DNA of 64,000 nucleotides from Eledone cirrhosa (lineage: Eukaryota). Shown here in pieces: positions 59,278-64,000 of the stretch. A program made the position numbers and the translations under genes. The stretch is from positions 373,178,001 to 373,242,000 of the forward strand of contig OZ024740.1 in the NCBI GenBank assembly GCA_964016885.1. The letters run 5' to 3'. How positions within the stretch are numbered: position 1 is the stretch's first letter; each line of letters starts with the position of its first letter. The notes under the pieces were generated by a model, which was not told where the DNA came from, did no database searches, and worked only from the letters and a program-made list of their open reading frames with translations.

Positions 59278-59353
59278 CAATATAAACAGTTTTATAGATA
59301 AATAGATTCGACATACCGTAACAACACCGACTTGCATTTGGAGAGCAGGTTTT

Positions 59354-59414
59354 TTTCATTCTGATGATTGAAGGCAATATTGTTTTGCTTTTAAGAAACC
59401 ACTGGTGAATGGAA
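59354..59414 (+). ncRNA. Type I hammerhead motif with non-cleavable GUG triplet
   Basis: tttcatt CTGATGA ttgaaggcaatattgttttgcttttaa GAAA ccactgg TG aatggaa. Confidence 0.8.
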
Positions 59415-59506
59415 TAATTGCTTTATGTTGTTTATTACATTACTATATATATGTATATGTATATTTTGGAGTTATATAAGATTCATACGAAGTATCTAAG
59501 ATTGAA

Positions 59507-59631
<125 letters not shown>

Positions 59632-59708
59632 TATTTGGTTGTGCGTGTTTGTGATATGTACGTATTTTTATGTGTATAATTGTATAGCTTTGTATGTATG
59701 TGTGTGTG

Positions 59709-59747
<39 letters not shown>

Positions 59748-60556
59748 ATATGTATATGTGTGTGTATATATGTATATGTGTGTGTGTTTGTGTATGTATT
59801 TGTGTATGCGTATGTATGTGTTTATGTATTTGTATATGTATATTTATGTGTGACAGTGTGTGTATGTATTTATTTTTTCGTACGTATGTGTACGTGCATG
59901 TGTGTGTATTGCTTACCACGCGTGTTTGTTCATTTATTCGTCACTTGTATCGCTGTCAACTGTATAATAGTCTTTATTATTTTATTTTTTATATATATTT
60001 TTTCTAATATTTATTTCCGTGTGTGAATATGTAGAAGTGTGTGTAATTTTTTCTAATTTTGTATATGCATATGTATGCATTTATGTATGTGTATGTATGT
60101 ACGTGTGTATATAGGTATGATTGTGTGCATGTATGCATGTATATGTATGTGTGTATGGCTATGTATGTGTATGTGTATGCATATATATATACATATATTT
60201 CTATTTCTATATATATATGTGTGTATATGTGTGTGTGTGGTTGTACATATGTATGTGTATGTATGGATGTGTTGATATTTAAGTGCGTATGTGTGTATGT
60301 GTATATGTATTTGTATGTGTGTGTATTTATATACACATATATATGTGTATATGTGTGTGTGTATGTATGAGTTTATGTATATATATATATATATATATAT
60401 ACGTGTGTGTATGTATGCTTTTGTGTGTGTGTGTGTGTGTGTTTGCATGTGTGTTTTTATTTTATTTTTCCTTTCCTTCTTCTTTCTCCAGCCTCACTTT
60501 CAAATAGATTGCATTTTTGTTTTTAAAATCCAAATTCAATAAACAGACCAGGATTT

Positions 60557-60616
60557 GTTCATTCTGATGATTGAAAGCAACATTCTTTGCTTTTAAGAAA
60601 CCACTGGTAAATGGAA
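60557..60616 (+). ncRNA. Type I hammerhead ribozyme (GUA site)
   Basis: gttcatt CTGATGA ttgaaagcaacattctttgcttttaa GAAA ccactgg TA aatggaa. Confidence 0.88.
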
Positions 60617-60705
60617 TAATTGCCTTATGTTGTTTATTACATAACTATTAAGCTCTGTTACCTACATAGAGCACTCTCTTTCCTGGACTTTTCCGACGGA
60701 ATTAC

Positions 60706-60736
<31 letters not shown>

Positions 60737-61469
60737 TGCATCTTTCATCATTTGATTACTTCCCTCCGGTAATTAGCTTGTTTTCAACTCTTTTATATAT
60801 CGGGGAAATAAAAATCATACCTCATTCATCCTGGGGTGAGCTGGATCTAAGATATCGGGAGGTCAAATAGATAGTGGCACAACCACTTACTATTGTCAAT
60901 ATATTGATTTACTATTATCAATCAACCCAATGAAACGATCGCAAAACAATGAAGTACTTATTGACCTATCCTTGACTTTTGTTTTATTTTCGCTATTTAA
61001 GACATATATATATATATACGGTGTCAAGATTTTTTGTACCCTTGTCTTGTTACTACTGACTGAAGCTGATTGGTGTGTGCAGCACTTTGTATAGAGATGT
61101 AGGCACCTCAACTTTTTAACAGTCAAGAACTACTTAGAGAAACACGAGTTTCTAAACTACCACCACTTTGATTTCAATATGATCATCCGCATCTCTCTCA
61201 GTTTTGTGAAGGGAAGGACTAAATATATGTAAACACCATCCATTCATAATCAAATTTTGATACCTGCATACAACCGTTTCATGTTGGCCATACGTTCAAA
61301 TGAATTAGTAACTATTTATTTAGGATATGTGAGAGCGTAACGACTATACTATGTTCATGATATGATGAAGTATTTATCAATATTTGTAACCGATTAAGGG
61401 ACACGGCTAAAGCGTAACTGCGTTATCAGCAACTTTAGTTTTTTTACCAACATCCCCTCACCTATCTCC

Positions 61470-62200
61470 GCTCACTTCACAGTCAAACAGGGGCGCGTGG
61501 ATCAATTCGGTACTCTCCTCATCAACCGGTAACCTTTTTGATGATGAGTGCACTCGCATCGGTGTAGCCCAAAGCCTCGGCCTCCTTGTGTGTGAGCCAC
61601 ATTAATGCTTTTTCTGGGCAGTTGTTGAAAAGTTCGGCCTGAAAGCACTGCCTTGATGCCATAGCGAAGGCCGGTTTCCTCGACATGTCAGTTTCAACGA
61701 CATATTGAGAAGGGGCCTGGGCGCAGCTGGCTTCCCATCTCAACTGGTGCCTGCAGACGTCGGACGGGACGACAGTAAGTGATCCGACACAATTACCCTC
61801 TTCCCATTCAAAGGAACTAGACCCTCATCTGGTACGCCATATATTACGACACGTTCTCCTCCTCCAACTTAATCCCTCCGGCCACAAACCCCGGTACTGC
61901 GGCCCACAAAAGAAGACAAACAAATACTGGGTATTGTCCGGTCGCTTTCTCTTCGCACCGGGCACCATCGAGATCTCAGGCGTATTTGGATCACGTACTG
62001 CTGAGCTCCTCCGCAAGACCGGAACGTTAGCAGCCCGTCTTAGGAAGGAGTCCTGCGATGCGGGGTGGCTGTTACACCATGTGTCACTGGTCATTGTCCG
62101 CGTGACGTGGCCACAACACCGTCGTGCTCTAGGCCTAGAGCCCGTTATCCTCTCCCCACCTATTCATCTGTGAGCCTAAATCCTTTGTCTTACTCTTCAT
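61470..62200 (+). mobile_element. CRE-like LINE 3' fragment (RLE)
   Basis: FLFAPGTIEISGVFGSRTAELLRKTGTLAARLRKESCDAGWLLHHVSLVIVR, homologous to 2930-3112. Confidence 0.75.
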
Positions 62201-62249
62201 TTTCCATCTTTAAATATCTGTCGTGTTGTAAATGTTTAAACATTATTTC

Positions 62250-62349
62250 TAGGTTGACTTTGCCTTTCATCCTTACGGGGTCGATAAAAAAGTACCAGTA
62301 ATACACTGTTTTATTTGCTGGCCTTGTGCCAAAAGTAGAAACAATTATT
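62250..62349 (+). mobile_element. tRNA-derived SINE (OK-like), 3' half
   Basis: aggttgactttgcctttcatccttacggggtcgataaa...gccttgtgccaaaagtagaaacaattatt. Confidence 0.8.
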
Positions 62350-64000
62350 TCCCAGTTAAAAAAAACAACACTTTTATAGCTGTCGTAGAAATTCTTGAAA
62401 AACGCTATGCTTTTATTAATGTCTGCAAGTTTACACATTTACACAGCTTCGGTGAAATATGTTACCATTTCTGCGCAGGTAGATATTTTTCTTCATACGC
62501 TGTATACATATTTAAGACAATATTAGCCATAACATGCCCAAATATTTAAACAACCAAGAAAAGCATTACTTGAACACAGGTACTTGGTTGCTTAAATCAT
62601 GACCCAATATACTGCATATATATTTTCTGCGTGCTTTTAAGAAGAAATTACACTATGGAATATTAATTGTCAGCATCTATTTGTGTAGCCTTATGTGCAA
62701 ACATAATATTGCCGTCATTATGAATATAAATTACCTAAAAGAGATATGTTCTACCGATTCCTAATGTCATTCCTAATGGTATATTAATAATTTTGCATAT
62801 GGGTAAAAAAGTTTCGATGAATTTAAGAAAGATATTGGGTGGCCTTTATATTTTTTATTCTATTTTCACCTTTAGTGAGACGTGGTGTGATGAATTATTT
62901 TAACACATACATACTAATTTATTCGAGAAGCATCCGGTCCCTTGCAATATATTCTAAACAATTAATATTTACTTAAGTTCAAATATTTGTTTAATTGCAG
63001 CTAACAAATATTTGTCATAATATCCATCAATCTGGGAGTGATTAACATGTGCGACTCGTCTCTCTGATGAATTAATCGAATGAATAAAACAATTTATTCT
63101 GAAATCGATCAACACAATCGAGAAGGAGGGATATTCACAGTGGTGTACTAATCCAAGCGCCCTGTTGCATTAGGCGATTTGTAATTGCTCGATGTATATA
63201 GAAGTATATTTTTGATACAACATTAAACATTTATTTACCACGTATTAACGGGGGGTGGGAAAGCAGAATATGATGGATTGGAAATTCTTTTTGCAAATTC
63301 TTTCACCTATCCATCACCCTGAAAGTGTTATGATAACACTGTGCTAGCTCTATTGCGTAATATTTCTTTTCAAACATGCATACCTCTGCATCTGGAATCT
63401 GATGATAACGTTAATTACGCAATAACATTTTTCATATTTTCTCCTCTTATAAACAAAATATAATATTTCTCATTTTTCCTTCTATTTTGATAGATTATTT
63501 ATGAAAGGTGTTATTTTATATCGTTTGATTTAGACGTGTTGCTAATTTTCAAATGGAACTATTCAAAAGCAATCAGGGACTGTATCAAGGCAGTGTCACA
63601 AATCTAGTGTATTCCATTAGGTGTGAGAATGATGTTAGTATGTTAGAAGATGAATATATAAACAAGACACAGATATAAGCTAGCATAATGGGTATTGTAT
63701 ATATATATATATATATATATAACGTCCGGAAGTATTGAACATGTTGATCATCAACGATCAACGAAACGTTCATACTTGGTACGCCACCATTGTAGTAACT
63801 GACCTGAATAATTATATTCAAACTACGAACTAAAATTAATACCAGTCATAAAACTATATAAGACCTGAACTACTATCTAGGTACTAAACTAGATATATAT
63901 TAGAATAAACCTCCGAAAATTACTGTTACGTAGACGATAGTAGTCACCCCAATTTACATATTATTTTACGTGGTTATATATATCAATAGCGATTGTTACA

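Overview
AT-rich, microsatellite-saturated eukaryotic DNA, most likely cephalopod (Octopus-like, inferred from the tRNA-derived SINE families). I recognise no host protein-coding gene; almost all ORF-track entries are translations of (TA)n/(CA)n. Recognisable content: (i) a full-length but disrupted Helitron (47500-53250) with intact TC / hairpin-CTAG termini; (ii) Penelope-like retroelements (PLEs, mostly Neptune-type): one RT fragment and four GIY-YIG endonuclease fragments, most in inverted (fold-back) arrangements inside (TA)n arrays; (iii) four CRE-like RLE LINE fragments, CR1 and RTE-like RT remnants, SINEs and a Tc1/mariner MITE. The main hidden signal is about 30 type-I hammerhead ribozyme (HHR) motifs in roughly a dozen sequence families, read and folded by eye on both strands. 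They include a compensatory U3-A8 core variant in two unrelated families, helix II expansions of 55-91 nt, and a tandem GUG/GUA pair conserved in two independent insertions that could act as an asymmetric double hammerhead. A shared RCTC-loop-GAGY-A hairpin follows the ribozyme in otherwise unrelated families. All folds were derived manually; no activity or database search was performed.
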